Virus record (IMG/VR): IMGVR_UViG_3300018429_000002 | Span: 7,578 to 71,577 of that record | Reading direction: 5' to 3' (one strand) | DNA: 64,000 nucleotides | DNA from: a virus | Made by a program: the position numbers and the translations under genes | Shown: positions 8,001-18,685 of the stretch, one piece after another | How the letters are laid out: each line of letters begins with the position of its first letter | How positions within the stretch are numbered: the stretch's first letter is position 1 | Notes under the pieces: generated by a model | The model's input: only the letters and a program-made list of their open reading frames with translations | Databases searched by the model: none | What the model was told of the DNA's origin: nothing

Positions 8001-8442
8001 AACGGCAAAGCAATTGGAGATTGCCCTCATAAAACTTGGCGCGTCTGAGGCTCGTGAGGAATTACAGAAACAAAGGCTCGCTGAGAAAGACGCCACGATT
8101 AAAGCGCTTGAGGATGCGCGGGATGTGCGTGTTGACCAAATCGCAGACCTGAGAACGGCGAACAAAGAACGAGCAACAGTGAATACAGGGGACGCCCGAA
8201 TGCTTGAGGCTGCAAACGGTGTGATAGCGAAGCAAGACGCGGAGATTGCGAAGCTGAGGAATCCTGGATTTCTTTCCAGCGTGTTCGATATGCGGACGGC
8301 ATACGGCGGCATCTTTGGATATGCTGCGTGCAAATTGACAACGGGCTCGAATCCAACGATTAGCCTCCCCGGATTCAATCAGAATTCAATATTTATTACG
8401 TCACCTGAAGAGAGAACACGAAAGGCTTTGAGGGGAAAATGA
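7846..8442 (+). CDS. exported coiled-coil protein overlapping the Rz-like gene (possible second spanin component)
   Basis: Signal-like LLTAVIAFSLCATSFAQ, coiled-coil, out-of-frame overlap with the upstream gene. Confidence 0.45.
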   Translation: MRRFPKMKWIGWLTRNSLLTAVIAFSLCATSFAQGTQSTTAVRSSERTADSETAKQLEIALIKLGASEAREELQKQRLAEKDATIKALEDARDVRVDQIADLRTANKERATVNTGDARMLEAANGVIAKQDAEIAKLRNPGFLSSVFDMRTAYGGIFGYAACKLTTGSNPTISLPGFNQNSIFITSPEERTRKALRGK

Positions 8443-8663
8443 AGGAAATATCAGTTAGCTCAATGAATATACCAACTGGGTTTTGGCGAACGCGCCCTTT
8501 GCGCGAAAAGTTCTGGCTGAAGCTGGCTTACTTGCTACCGCGAAACCTCGTTTACTGGGCCTGTATTCGGCTATGCGCCAATGCGACGACTGGCAAGTAC
8601 GAAAATCAAGTCGTGCCCGATCTCACAGTGATGGATGCCCTAAAGCGGTGGGAAGACGGGTAA
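8439..8663 (+). CDS. phage hypothetical protein
   Basis: ATGA overlap with the upstream gene; LAYLLPRNLVYWACIR segment. Confidence 0.55.
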   Translation: MKEISVSSMNIPTGFWRTRPLREKFWLKLAYLLPRNLVYWACIRLCANATTGKYENQVVPDLTVMDALKRWEDG

Positions 8664-9137
8664 TTGGATACGGGTAGAAAAGCGAAAGTAGGTAAGGAAA
8701 TGGACGATGCTGCAAATTGGTGGAAGCAGGGAAGCGCTCTCCCTCGTTCTGTCGCCGAATCTAAAGGCATAAGGGTAAGCGATCACCTTACGATGACAGA
8801 CGCAAAACACTTCCACTACGGGGTGGTCATGGATATTGATCGAATGATCGATACTCCATGCGACGTGGATATCCGGGTAACACACAACGGCCAAACCAAG
8901 GAATTCTCTTACGCTGAATTCTTTACACGTCTTGGGTTTAAGGAGTAAATCTATGCAATCCGTCGCTATTCCGGTTCGAGACATCACAAAACTATGGATT
9001 CGGATTATTCTTCTATCTGCTGGGTAGTAGATATACGGGGTGAGGTAGTCGGTTTATGCAAAAACTATGCATAGAATGCTCCGAAACACGGGTGTAATGC
9101 ATAAAACAGGCGAGTTTTAATTCCAGAGCAAAACATA

Positions 9138-9437
9138 ATGGCAGGGATACCGGGATCAGGAGGCAAGAAAGGTCGAAGCGGGCGCAAGTCCAAGGCGGTA
9201 GAGATGGGGCTTGTGGCATTGCTCGATAAGTGCTGGACAGTCGCCGACCGTGAGAACTGCATTAGAAAGCTCGCAAAGACAGCCTCTGATCCGCTGTCTA
9301 ACGACCGAATGGACGCAGCTAAGTTGTTGATGTCTTATGCGTTTGGCAAGCCAAAGGAAAAGGTTGAGCATGGCGGGGATGGCGGCGGGGCGATTGAGGT
9401 AATTGTTCGACATGTCAGCAAGCCCCCGACAGATTGA
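9138..9437 (+). CDS. terminase small subunit (putative)
   Basis: GRSGRK N-terminus and AAKLLMSYAFGKP motif; directly upstream of the large terminase. Confidence 0.7.
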   Translation: MAGIPGSGGKKGRSGRKSKAVEMGLVALLDKCWTVADRENCIRKLAKTASDPLSNDRMDAAKLLMSYAFGKPKEKVEHGGDGGGAIEVIVRHVSKPPTD

Positions 9438-10644
9438 GATCGAGGTTCCCGAACTCCACCCCGCGCAGCAGACAATTGTCAACGAGTCGAGCCGTTTCAA
9501 CGTGCTCGCCTGTGGCAGGCGCTTTGGTAAATCACTTCTTGGGATCCAATTGGCTATTGAGCCCGCCTTGAATGGATACCCGGTCGGATGGTTTTCCCCT
9601 ACCCATAAAATGCTGGCTGAGGTCTGGCGTGACATGCAAAACATTCTCGCACCCGTCATTAAGCGCAAGGCACATCAAGAGCATCGATTGGAACTGATAA
9701 CAGGTGGTGTCATTGACATGTGGTCACTGGACGCGGCGGACAGTACCAGGGGCCGCAGGTATAAAAGGGTGGTAGTTGACGAGGCTGCGATGGTTCCAGC
9801 GTTTCAGGATGCGTGGCAAGCTGTCATTACGCCTACGCTCGCGGATTACGTGGGCGATGCCTTTTGGTTGTCCACCCCGCGAGGGATGAATTTCTTTAAG
9901 CAGGGTTTTGACAACGGGCAAGATCCTCTCCAGCCTGAGTGGGCAAGCTGGCAGTTTCCGACCTCAGCCAACCCGCGCATCAAGCCGGAGGAGATTGAGT
10001 TTCAGCGTCAGCAACTGCCAGAGCTTACGTTTAATCAGGAGTACCTGGCTGAGTTTCTCCAATCGGAGGGCGCGGTCTTCCGAAACATCAAACCAAACCT
10101 AACCGCGCCATTGAAGCCGATTCCCGAACAGCATAAAGGCCACCGAATTGTCTCAGGGCTCGACTGGGCTCAAAAGCACGATTTCACCGCTCACTGCGTT
10201 GGATGTGCGGATTGCAAGGTTGAGGTTGAGCTAGATCGGTTTAATAAGATCGAGTGGGCGTTTCAGCGAGCGCGCATTAGGGCGAGTCGAGATCGCTGGA
10301 GCATCAGAACGATCCTTGCAGAGGAGAACTCCATCGGTTCACCTAATATCGAGGCGCTACAACATGAAGGATTGCCGGTTAGGCCTTTTACGACCACAGC
10401 GACTACTAAAGGACCGCTGATTCAATCTCTCGCCTTAGCCTTCGAGCGCAGCGAATTTAAGTGGCTAAATCTTCCGGTCGCAACTGCTGAGCTTGTTGCC
10501 TATGAGTCAAAGGTTTCTGCCGTTACAGGACGGGCGACGTATTCAGCCCCGGAAGGAATGAACGATGATACGGTGATAGCGCGGGCGTTGATGCTTCAAG
10601 CAGCGCAGATGCCGATGTTCAGGCAGACACCGCTAAACCTCTAG
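9412..10644 (+). CDS. terL: terminase large subunit
   Basis: Walker A GRRFGKS, Walker B VVVDEAA, STP motif, nuclease GLDWA and NDDTVIA. Confidence 0.95.
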   Translation: MSASPRQIEIEVPELHPAQQTIVNESSRFNVLACGRRFGKSLLGIQLAIEPALNGYPVGWFSPTHKMLAEVWRDMQNILAPVIKRKAHQEHRLELITGGVIDMWSLDAADSTRGRRYKRVVVDEAAMVPAFQDAWQAVITPTLADYVGDAFWLSTPRGMNFFKQGFDNGQDPLQPEWASWQFPTSANPRIKPEEIEFQRQQLPELTFNQEYLAEFLQSEGAVFRNIKPNLTAPLKPIPEQHKGHRIVSGLDWAQKHDFTAHCVGCADCKVEVELDRFNKIEWAFQRARIRASRDRWSIRTILAEENSIGSPNIEALQHEGLPVRPFTTTATTKGPLIQSLALAFERSEFKWLNLPVATAELVAYESKVSAVTGRATYSAPEGMNDDTVIARALMLQAAQMPMFRQTPLNL

Positions 10645-10680
10645 AAAAATAAATCTCTCATCAACGGTATGCTTCGCCAG

Positions 10681-10872
10681 ATGCCCAAAACCAAAAAAGA
10701 CAACCCCATCTCCGCGCGCCCTCAGGTTGGCGACACTCTTGAGCTTAAATCCGGTGGACCGAAAATGACTCTTAGCTCAAAGCTCGGAGGTCGCTTTCAA
10801 TGTGAGTGGTTTAAAGGTGAAGAGCTGATGCGCGGCGACTTTCACCCAGCAGAACTTAAGCCCGCTACTTGA
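10681..10872 (+). CDS. DUF2158/YodC-like small protein
   Basis: VGDTLELKSGGPKMT...CEWF...F..EL signature. Confidence 0.75.
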   Translation: MPKTKKDNPISARPQVGDTLELKSGGPKMTLSSKLGGRFQCEWFKGEELMRGDFHPAELKPAT

Positions 10873-10874
10873 TT

Positions 10875-12368
10875 ATGCCCATCGAACCCCAGAACAAGCC
10901 AAACTACGAATCCAACGCTTACAAGTCCATGACTTCAGCGTGGACGGTTGTAAGTGACGTATCTGGTGGCACAGCCCGGATGCGGGAGTGTAGTGCTACT
11001 TACCTCCCTCAAGAGCCGGCCGAAAGACCGGAATCTTATAACCGAAGGCTAGCCCGCTCCGTCTTTTTCAATGCTTTCAATCGAATCCTTGACGCACTGG
11101 TGGGCATGGTTCACAAGGCTGATCCTGAACTTGGTGATGATGTTCCCGAGGAGATCAAGAAACATCTTGAGAACATTGATCTGGCCGGTTCGCATCTTGA
11201 CCCGTTTCTAAAGGAATTGTTCACGGACGCGGTTCGGGACGGGCACGCATTTATCCTTGTGGACATGCAGCCCGCTTTACCTGCTAACGCTACACGGGCC
11301 GATGAGATCGCCCAGGGACGCAGACCGTATTGGGTGAAGTACAAAGCGAACCAAGCGAAAAACTGGCGCACTACGGTAGTAAACGGCGAGACAATCTTGA
11401 GTCAGATTACCTTTGAAGAAAAGACAAACGAGTCGGATGGCGAGTACGGCGAAAAGGAAGTCTGCCGTTATCGAGTTTTCAAGTTGGAAAGTGGATTGGT
11501 TAAGTGGGCGCTTTATCGCAAGGTTGTACAGGTAGGGACGAAGGAAGAAACGTTTATCGAAGAAGGATCGGGCACGGTAAACAATCAAACCAGGATCCCG
11601 GTTGCCGTGGTCTATGGTAACAGACTCGGAATGCTTGTGAGTTCTCCTCCTCTGCTTGATCTCGCCTATCTGAACATTGCTCACTGGCAAGAGTATTCTG
11701 ATTACAGAAACATCCTGCACATTGCCCAGGTTCCATTGCTTGCGCGTATCGGCGCGAATCAAGACCAGCAAAAGGTAGAGATTGGGGTTGGTAGCACCTT
11801 AGACGTGGAAACAGGCGGAGATGTGAAGTGGATTGAGATTCACGGGAACGGGGTCACAGCGGCGCGCACTGAACTACAAGACATCGAACAGCGAATGGCC
11901 TTGATGGGTCTTTCAATGCTTAGCCAGAAGGCCGATTCCAACGTTACCGCAACTGAGATTAGATCGAACAACCTTCAGGAGTCTTCAGACCTCGCAACGA
12001 TGGCCCGGTCTGAGCAGGACGGGGCTGAGATGGCCTTAGAGTTCCACGCAAAGTATCTAAACTTGCCTTCTGGCGGATCGCTCAAGCTGGGAGTTGCCGA
12101 GTCTGACGTAGTTCTGGACGCGGTCATGGTCACAGCGGTTAGCAATCTAGTCTCGAAGGGCCAGTTAACACTTGAGACCTTTCTAAACCTCCTTCAGCGA
12201 GGCTTGCCAGGGGTTGAACTGCAGGATGAGCTAAAGAAGCTTGAGGCGGAAGCAGTCAAGAGCGCGGCTAATGGCCCGAACGTTGCGAAGGCTGGAATTC
12301 AAGGCGCACCACCGGGAATCAAGGATTTGTTTGGAGCGCAACCAAAGGCTAATGGAGCACTCGTGTGA
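10875..12368 (+). CDS. portal protein (DUF4055-like)
   Basis: YLPQEPAE...YNRRL..SVFFN, HAFILVD, RRPYW, PPLLDLAYLNIAHWQ motifs; position after terL. Confidence 0.9.
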   Translation: MPIEPQNKPNYESNAYKSMTSAWTVVSDVSGGTARMRECSATYLPQEPAERPESYNRRLARSVFFNAFNRILDALVGMVHKADPELGDDVPEEIKKHLENIDLAGSHLDPFLKELFTDAVRDGHAFILVDMQPALPANATRADEIAQGRRPYWVKYKANQAKNWRTTVVNGETILSQITFEEKTNESDGEYGEKEVCRYRVFKLESGLVKWALYRKVVQVGTKEETFIEEGSGTVNNQTRIPVAVVYGNRLGMLVSSPPLLDLAYLNIAHWQEYSDYRNILHIAQVPLLARIGANQDQQKVEIGVGSTLDVETGGDVKWIEIHGNGVTAARTELQDIEQRMALMGLSMLSQKADSNVTATEIRSNNLQESSDLATMARSEQDGAEMALEFHAKYLNLPSGGSLKLGVAESDVVLDAVMVTAVSNLVSKGQLTLETFLNLLQRGLPGVELQDELKKLEAEAVKSAANGPNVAKAGIQGAPPGIKDLFGAQPKANGALV

Positions 12369-13240
12369 TCTGGGATCCCATCGACCGACGATACGAAGAC
12401 AGCCGAGGCCGTCCGATTGCTCTCGCGCAAGTCCGCAGGGTTATCAGTAATTTCATCGTTCATGAGCAGGCACTAGTTTCCCAAGCAGCACGGCGACTTG
12501 TAGCCGGAGAGATAACACCTGAAGCATTCTTTGCCTTCATGGAGTCAAAGGTCACGGCGTGGCACCAGATTACCGGACAGATAGCCTATGGCGGGGAAAG
12601 TCAGATGAATCTTATTCGTCAAGGTCGAATCAATGCTCGCATCTTTTCAGAGCTAACCTACCTCGGAGAGTTTCAATCTCAAGCCGAAGCCTCGTTTATT
12701 GCCGCTGACATAATTGCCAACAAGGTATCTATCTCAATCGCTAAAGACTTCCCCCAGGCTCAAGCAGAAATCAGACAGAGGGTAAGCCGTGCTTTGTTCA
12801 CCGCCGCACCTTCTGAGGCCGCTTCAGTGGCAAGAAAGACCATTGTGGAGATTGTCGGCGCGGAGGTTCCGATAGTTGTAGGGCCGGAGGGCGGGTTTCT
12901 CATTGGCGGAACCGTAGAGAACAGGGCAACGCTCTATCCTGGCGCGATGTGGAGCACGCACGAAATGGAAATGCTTAATCGAGAGCGTGACGCAGGCGTC
13001 ATGATGGGCAGGCGACGAACCGAAGCGGACGGGAAAGTTTGCGATGGCTGCATGGCGGCGGCTACCGATGAATTCATCCCCTTGGACGAGATCGAAGAAA
13101 TTGGGACGCAGGAATGCGGCCCAAATGACCGCTGTGAAATTGAATTCGGAAGTGAGGAGTCATCTTTCCGCACGTCGGAAATATTCTCAGGGGTTGTTAG
13201 CGGGCAGGAACGTTATGGCGGAGATGTGGAGATCAATTGA
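12365..13240 (+). CDS. minor head/head morphogenesis protein (Mu gpF-like)
   Basis: Follows the portal; C..C...IG..EC..N.RC C-terminal motif. Confidence 0.7.
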   Translation: MIWDPIDRRYEDSRGRPIALAQVRRVISNFIVHEQALVSQAARRLVAGEITPEAFFAFMESKVTAWHQITGQIAYGGESQMNLIRQGRINARIFSELTYLGEFQSQAEASFIAADIIANKVSISIAKDFPQAQAEIRQRVSRALFTAAPSEAASVARKTIVEIVGAEVPIVVGPEGGFLIGGTVENRATLYPGAMWSTHEMEMLNRERDAGVMMGRRRTEADGKVCDGCMAAATDEFIPLDEIEEIGTQECGPNDRCEIEFGSEESSFRTSEIFSGVVSGQERYGGDVEIN

Positions 13241-13476
13241 AGTACCCACCAATGAGAAGCGGCGACACTATGGAATTACAGCCACGGGGCAGGAAGGGCC
13301 GCGCATGGGAACTGCTGCGCATGGCGTGTTGTGATTGCGGCTTAATTCACACGATAGCATTTGCTGTTGAGGCTAACGGTAATTTGGGAATTGCGGTGCG
13401 GCGTGAGAATCGAGCGACAGCCGCAAAGCGGCGTGGCGCTAAACTGCGCGGCCTAAAATTGCCACTGAAAACTTAA
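13237..13476 (+). CDS. phage hypothetical protein
   Basis: MACCDCGLIH motif, basic tail. Confidence 0.55.
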   Translation: MKYPPMRSGDTMELQPRGRKGRAWELLRMACCDCGLIHTIAFAVEANGNLGIAVRRENRATAAKRRGAKLRGLKLPLKT

Positions 13477-13546
13477 ATCTCAAATCCGTGATTTACTTCC
13501 CTCGATACGAAATCTCCCGGCGGTGCCGGTGAAAAAGGAATAGGCG

Positions 13547-14281
13547 GTGCCTATGGCGTTGAAAAGAAAACTCGCTAAGGAAGACTTTGACAAGCTGGAA
13601 GAAACTCAAAAGGGTTTCTACAAGGAAAAGGAAGGTGGTTACCTTCTTGACCTTGAGGGCGACGATCTGGAAGGCAAAGTCGCATCGCTCAAGCAGTCGT
13701 TGGACAACGCCTATAAAGAACGCGACGCCGCAAAGAAAGCGGCTGAGGCCTTTAAGGACGTTGACCCGGAGAAGTATCGGCAACTATTGGCTGAAGCGGA
13801 CTCCAAGGAAAACGACGATCTGAAGTCTAAAGGCAAGATTGACGAGATCATTGAAAAGCATAACGCGAAGCTGGCCGGAGTCAAAAAGGAATACGAAGAC
13901 AAGCTGGCAGCGCAAAGCGCAGAACTCGACCGCGTAGTGGTTGATAACGGCCTTCGGACAGTGCTCATTGAGGCCGGGGTTATGCCCGACAGACTTGACG
14001 ATGCGGTTGATTTGACAAAGCGACTGGCGAAGCGAGACGAGAAGGGTAAGATTCTCATGCACGACAAGGACGGAACCCCGCTTGATGTCAGTGTTGATGC
14101 TTACGCCAAGGAAATCTTGAAAGAACAAAAACCGTGGCTTTTTGCCGCATCCGGTGCGGGTGGGAGTGGTGCTTCCAACGGCACGAACGGTCAAGGTCGT
14201 GGACCTGACCTTTCCAAGCTATCGGCTACAGAACGCCTGAAGATTGCAAATGCAACTGAGGCGACTGGCCGAACTGGCTAA
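13547..14281 (+). CDS. capsid scaffolding protein
   Basis: Charged coiled-coil, PWLF..SG.GGSG motif, immediately before the major capsid gene. Confidence 0.85.
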   Translation: MPMALKRKLAKEDFDKLEETQKGFYKEKEGGYLLDLEGDDLEGKVASLKQSLDNAYKERDAAKKAAEAFKDVDPEKYRQLLAEADSKENDDLKSKGKIDEIIEKHNAKLAGVKKEYEDKLAAQSAELDRVVVDNGLRTVLIEAGVMPDRLDDAVDLTKRLAKRDEKGKILMHDKDGTPLDVSVDAYAKEILKEQKPWLFAASGAGGSGASNGTNGQGRGPDLSKLSATERLKIANATEATGRTG

Positions 14282-14295
14282 AATAAAGGAGCACT

Positions 14296-15222
14296 ATGGC
14301 CCTAACTCTCGTGGAAGCTGCAAAACTTCACTCAGGCGAAGTCAAGCGCAGCGCGATCATTGAATTATTTGCTCAAAGTTCGGACATCCTCCGCACTCTC
14401 CCTTTCGACACTATCGCGGGAAACGCTCTCCGTTATAACCGCGAAGAGACCCTCCCAGGCATCGGCTTTCGTGGCGTAAACGAAGCCTACACAGAATCCA
14501 CTGGCGTGATTAACCCGGTCGCTGAGCCGTTGGTTATCGCTGGCGGCGATCTGGACGTTGACGTTTTCATTCTTGAAACGATGGGAACAGATCAGCGAGC
14601 CGTTCAAGAAGCAATGAAGACCAAAGCCCTTTCGCTTCGATGGTCTCAGGCCATCATTAAGGGCGACTCGTCCGTTGATGCCCGTATCTTCGATGGTCTT
14701 CAGGTTCGTCTGACTGGCTCACAAAAGATTGCCGCTGGCTCAACCGCTAACGGAACCCCGCTCAGCCTTGCTTTGCTGGATGAGGCGATTGACGCCACCG
14801 ATAACCCGACCCATCTGATCATGAATAAGACAATGAGGCGCAGACTGTCCGCTGCCGCCCGCTCGTCCACTGTGGGTGGTTATATCACCTATGCGCTTGA
14901 CGCGTTCGGTCGCAGGGTGACGCAGTACAACGATCTGCCGATCCTCGTGGTTGAACAGGACAACGTTGGCAGCGACATTCTCCCGTTCACGGAAGCCGCG
15001 ACCTCCGGCAACGCAACTGCGTCCTCGATTTACGTCGTGTCGTTCATGGAAGGAATGCTTCAGGGCATTCAGAGCGGCGTTATGGACGTTCGAGACCTGG
15101 GCGAACTTCAGACTCAGCCGGTCAAGCGTACTCGTGTGGAATGGTATGCGGGCATTGCGCTGTTCCATCCTCGCGCCGCAACGCGTCTCTGGTCTATCTC
15201 GAACGCTGCTGTGGTTGCGTAA
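14296..15222 (+). CDS. major capsid protein
   Basis: MALTLVEAAK start, YNREETLPG.GFRGVN, FDGL, TRVEWY motifs; AAGGAG RBS. Confidence 0.9.
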   Translation: MALTLVEAAKLHSGEVKRSAIIELFAQSSDILRTLPFDTIAGNALRYNREETLPGIGFRGVNEAYTESTGVINPVAEPLVIAGGDLDVDVFILETMGTDQRAVQEAMKTKALSLRWSQAIIKGDSSVDARIFDGLQVRLTGSQKIAAGSTANGTPLSLALLDEAIDATDNPTHLIMNKTMRRRLSAAARSSTVGGYITYALDAFGRRVTQYNDLPILVVEQDNVGSDILPFTEAATSGNATASSIYVVSFMEGMLQGIQSGVMDVRDLGELQTQPVKRTRVEWYAGIALFHPRAATRLWSISNAAVVA

Positions 15223-15253
15223 TAGGCGGCTAAACCAAAAGGAGAAAAAGTAA

Positions 15254-15724
15254 ATGACTTACACTGCTGCAAAAAGCCGCCCGACCTACACGTTCGACGC
15301 GGATCTTGAAATGAAGGATGTGAGCGCGGTTATTGGGGCTGACGCGGCATGGCAAGTGGCCGCTGCCGCTAAGGTGCTCGATATGGGAACTGGCCGCGTT
15401 GACGCGAAGTGCATCATTGATATCACCGCTCTGGAAATCGCCTCGGGTGACGAGCGTTATGATCTGCTGATTCAGGGCAGTAACAGCGCAACGTTCGCCT
15501 CAGACATCGTGATACTTGCCTGCCTTCCGGTAGGTGATGGTTCGACAATCGGCACGGCTTACGCCGGGTCCGGCGTGGACGTTGACGACACCGCGGGTCG
15601 ATATGTTCTGCCGTTCACTAACGAGCGGAACAACATCTACTATCGATACATCCGCGGCTTCACCGTTGTAACCGGGGCAATTGCGTCCGGCATCACGTTC
15701 ACTGCGTATGCGGTGAAAAACTAA
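15254..15724 (+). CDS. putative capsid decoration protein
   Basis: Beta-rich, YYRYIR motif, directly after the capsid gene with a strong RBS. Confidence 0.6.
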   Translation: MTYTAAKSRPTYTFDADLEMKDVSAVIGADAAWQVAAAAKVLDMGTGRVDAKCIIDITALEIASGDERYDLLIQGSNSATFASDIVILACLPVGDGSTIGTAYAGSGVDVDDTAGRYVLPFTNERNNIYYRYIRGFTVVTGAIASGITFTAYAVKN

Positions 15725-15792
15725 CCCTTTACAGTTAATGAAAACGGAGGCGGGAACTGCTCCCGCCCCTGGAATCATAGGAGGCAAGAATA

Positions 15793-16227
15793 ATGGCAAA
15801 GGAAGTTTTTGCAACGACTGACAAGGTAACGGTGACGAAGACGCCAATTACCAGCGCCCCGGCTCCGCAGATGGTGCGTATCTATAACAAGGAAGACGGA
15901 ACATCTCAGGACGTGTTTCCGGTAGACGCGAAAGAGATCGTCTCCCAGGGTGGGTACAGTTACGATCCAGTGGATTTGGCCCACGCGACCGAGAGCCCGA
16001 ATGTATATAAGCCCGTGAGGCCGGAAACGCTCTCCGCAATGCTGCCGGAAGCAAGGCAGCCGCTTGACGAGCTAACGGCCAAGAGCGCAACAGGTGCCGA
16101 GGCTCCAGACTTCGAATCGATGACGAAGGCGGAACTTGAAGAATATGCCGACGCTCACGGTATCGAGTTAACCGCCGGGATGTTGAAAGCGGATCAGGTC
16201 AAAGCAATCCGCAAGGGAGGTAGTTAA
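15793..16227 (+). CDS. hypothetical virion-module protein with C-terminal HeH/LEM-like helix pair
   Basis: FESMTKAELEEYADAHGI...MLKAD motif. Confidence 0.6.
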   Translation: MAKEVFATTDKVTVTKTPITSAPAPQMVRIYNKEDGTSQDVFPVDAKEIVSQGGYSYDPVDLAHATESPNVYKPVRPETLSAMLPEARQPLDELTAKSATGAEAPDFESMTKAELEEYADAHGIELTAGMLKADQVKAIRKGGS

Positions 16228-16622
16228 TGTCTACAGGCGTCTACAATCCCGAATCCGACGAAGCGCAAGCTAACGCAACGCGGAAACTCGTTAACCTGAC
16301 CCAGGCAGAACTTGAACTACTCGCGCAGGGCGTGGCCCCTGGCTACAAGATTGCGCGAGGCGTTCATACTCAAGTTGCCGCGTCCGACACGGTAGTTACC
16401 GGGCTCGCGACTGTGGTAGCCGTGGTTGTTGGCTTTGGCAGCGCCCCAACGGTCAAGCAGCTCTTTTGTGCGGGCGACATTGGCGATCAGTCCGCCGCTC
16501 CGGTTGCGGGCTCGGTTCTGATCACTACCTACAAGCCCACGGCCGTCAACGACGTGACGCCAGTTGCCGCAACTGACTTTACGGATAACGTAAAGATCGC
16601 ATGGGCCGCAATCGGCACGTAA
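16227..16622 (+). CDS. putative minor virion protein
   Basis: Ala/Val/Thr-rich, ends WAAIGT; coupled start. Confidence 0.55.
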   Translation: MSTGVYNPESDEAQANATRKLVNLTQAELELLAQGVAPGYKIARGVHTQVAASDTVVTGLATVVAVVVGFGSAPTVKQLFCAGDIGDQSAAPVAGSVLITTYKPTAVNDVTPVAATDFTDNVKIAWAAIGT

Positions 16623-16818
16623 AACCAGATGACGCATTTCTTCCCTAACTATTCAATCACGCATGGGCCGGGAATTCACGCCAACTTCCGGTTCAGCAAT
16701 TCTCTGTCTGCTCTCGATCGGTACGGATTAAAACTGGCGAACGCAGGCCATACCTGGACGCTAAAAGAGCGCAAGATGTTTGAGAAACGAGTCCGGGAAC
16801 TGAAAGCGAAGAAACGCA

Positions 16819-17310
16819 ATGGCACTTGACGCAACAGTTGGCGGATCTGCCAGCAACTCATATTGCGATAGAGCCACGGCTGACACCTACTTCGCCGACC
16901 GTCTTTACGCAGCCGACTGGACAACGGCATCCACTGGCGACAGAGACAAAGCCCTAATCATGGCGACGGCCAGACTTGAGCAGGAATACTATGAAGGTTT
17001 CAAGGCGACAGACACGCAGTTGCTCAAGTGGCCGCGCTCGTGGGTTTACGTTGACGGATCCTATCTCGCTTCAGATGCGATCCCCTCGAAGCTAATTGCA
17101 GCGACAAGCGAATATGCGCTGCAGTTCATTCAGGAGAACGTAACGGCAGAGTCAGAGTTAGCGGATTTCAAACGGATCAAGGTTGGATCGATTGAACTGG
17201 AAATGAATTCTTCAGAAGCAGTTCAATCAGGGAGCATTCCTTCTGACGTGCTGCGATTGTTACGAGACCTGAGAACCGGATCTTCGGGAGCGGCAATTGT
17301 ACGGGCATGA
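16819..17310 (+). CDS. head-tail adaptor (DnaT-like family)
   Basis: SNSY...AD.YF..R, ALIMAT, Q.L.WPR, IP..L..A..E.A, KVGSIE motifs. Confidence 0.8.
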   Translation: MALDATVGGSASNSYCDRATADTYFADRLYAADWTTASTGDRDKALIMATARLEQEYYEGFKATDTQLLKWPRSWVYVDGSYLASDAIPSKLIAATSEYALQFIQENVTAESELADFKRIKVGSIELEMNSSEAVQSGSIPSDVLRLLRDLRTGSSGAAIVRA

Positions 17311-17702
17311 GCTTAGCAGACACGATTGCTTCGGCGCTAACAGCAATAACGCCAACGATCCTGAGTACGTTTCCCGATCTGTGCGACCTTAAACAGCCGG
17401 GAACCTTATCGCCGGATGGGTTTGGTGGAACCACCGACACGCCAGCAACGGTTGAGGCGAGCTTGGAATGTTTCTATGAGCGACTAAGCGAGCGAGACAA
17501 GGTTTTAGGTGGGACGCTAATTACAACGCAGACGCACAAGATGATGATTAAAGCAACTGCAAGCACAAGGTTGATCCAGCCGCACCAGTGGCTTGTAGTG
17601 GCCGCGAGGGAACTCCCGGCGCTTACGTTTCGCAAGCCTGTCACGTTAGACGGATCTTACGCGCCCGTCATTACGATTGCGGCGGAGCTGGTTAAATCAT
17701 GA
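17307..17702 (+). CDS. head closure protein (putative)
   Basis: Synteny; DGFGG motif. Confidence 0.6.
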   Translation: MSLADTIASALTAITPTILSTFPDLCDLKQPGTLSPDGFGGTTDTPATVEASLECFYERLSERDKVLGGTLITTQTHKMMIKATASTRLIQPHQWLVVAARELPALTFRKPVTLDGSYAPVITIAAELVKS

Positions 17703-18067
17703 GCGTTCAATTCAAAAAAACAGGATTCAATTTCGCGGCTCTCTCCCGGAACATGAGAGGGAACATTGCGGACGTGCTGAACGAGGGCGGCAAGTCGTTT
17801 GTCTCGCTGAGAAAGCAGCTTGCGCCGAAAGATACGCACTGGATGGCAGACCAGACGCGAGTAGAGGAAAAGGCTACGCCGGATCGACTCAAGGTCGTAA
17901 TGATCTGCGATTCTTCAAACAACCCGCACAGAGGCGGAAACAATGAAGCGTACGACGCCTTGGTTGAATATGGGACGGTAAATTCTGACGCACAGCCAAG
18001 CGCGACCCCTGCTTTTGAGAATGCGCGAAAGCGAGTCAACAACGGATTATTGAGGGTGCTGAGGTAA
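17699..18067 (+). CDS. HK97 gp10-like neck protein
   Basis: APKDT..M, Y..LVEYGT...AQP...PAF motifs. Confidence 0.8.
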   Translation: MSVQFKKTGFNFAALSRNMRGNIADVLNEGGKSFVSLRKQLAPKDTHWMADQTRVEEKATPDRLKVVMICDSSNNPHRGGNNEAYDALVEYGTVNSDAQPSATPAFENARKRVNNGLLRVLR

Positions 18068-18241
18068 TGGAAAACACCGGCCACTGCCCGCGTTATCTGA
18101 TCTACTGTTGGAGTTGCAATGCAGTGGAAGCAATGGAAAACGGAGTCGTCAGCGAAGACTTTGGAAGTCAGCACGAAGCGCATTCCGAAGATGTGCGAAC
18201 GATTGTGATAAAGCATTCGGTGATCGAGAGGGCCGCATAGT

Positions 18242-18685
18242 GTGGGCGACATTGATGAAGTCGAACAGGCAAAGAAGTGGATCTACGATTCACTGTCAGG
18301 CAATGCCGAAATCACGGCAGTGGTCTCTACCCGTATCTATTCTGATTATTGCCCTGACCCTCCCGCTTCTCGTGTTTTCCCTTATGTGCTTTATGAGTAT
18401 TTGGGTGGCAATGACGTTGACGGGCTCGGCACTTCGCGCATCCTCTCGGAACCGCTCTTTCAAGTTAGGGTTGTTACTGAAGGCAGACCAACTACAGCAA
18501 CACGAAGGGCTGCGAAACGAATCACTGACGTTCTCGGAGTCGCTGTGTACCAGCTCAGTGGCGATTGGTATTTCACCGCACGAAGAGAGCAGCCAGTTAA
18601 TAGACCTGAGACAGACACAGCAACCGGGAAGAAGTACCACAATCTTGGGGGACTATTCAGACTTTACATTGGGAGAACAGCATGA
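18242..18685 (+). CDS. tail terminator (DUF3168-like)
   Basis: IY..L......V..RIY...P....FPYV motif; synteny. Confidence 0.75.
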   Translation: MGDIDEVEQAKKWIYDSLSGNAEITAVVSTRIYSDYCPDPPASRVFPYVLYEYLGGNDVDGLGTSRILSEPLFQVRVVTEGRPTTATRRAAKRITDVLGVAVYQLSGDWYFTARREQPVNRPETDTATGKKYHNLGGLFRLYIGRTA

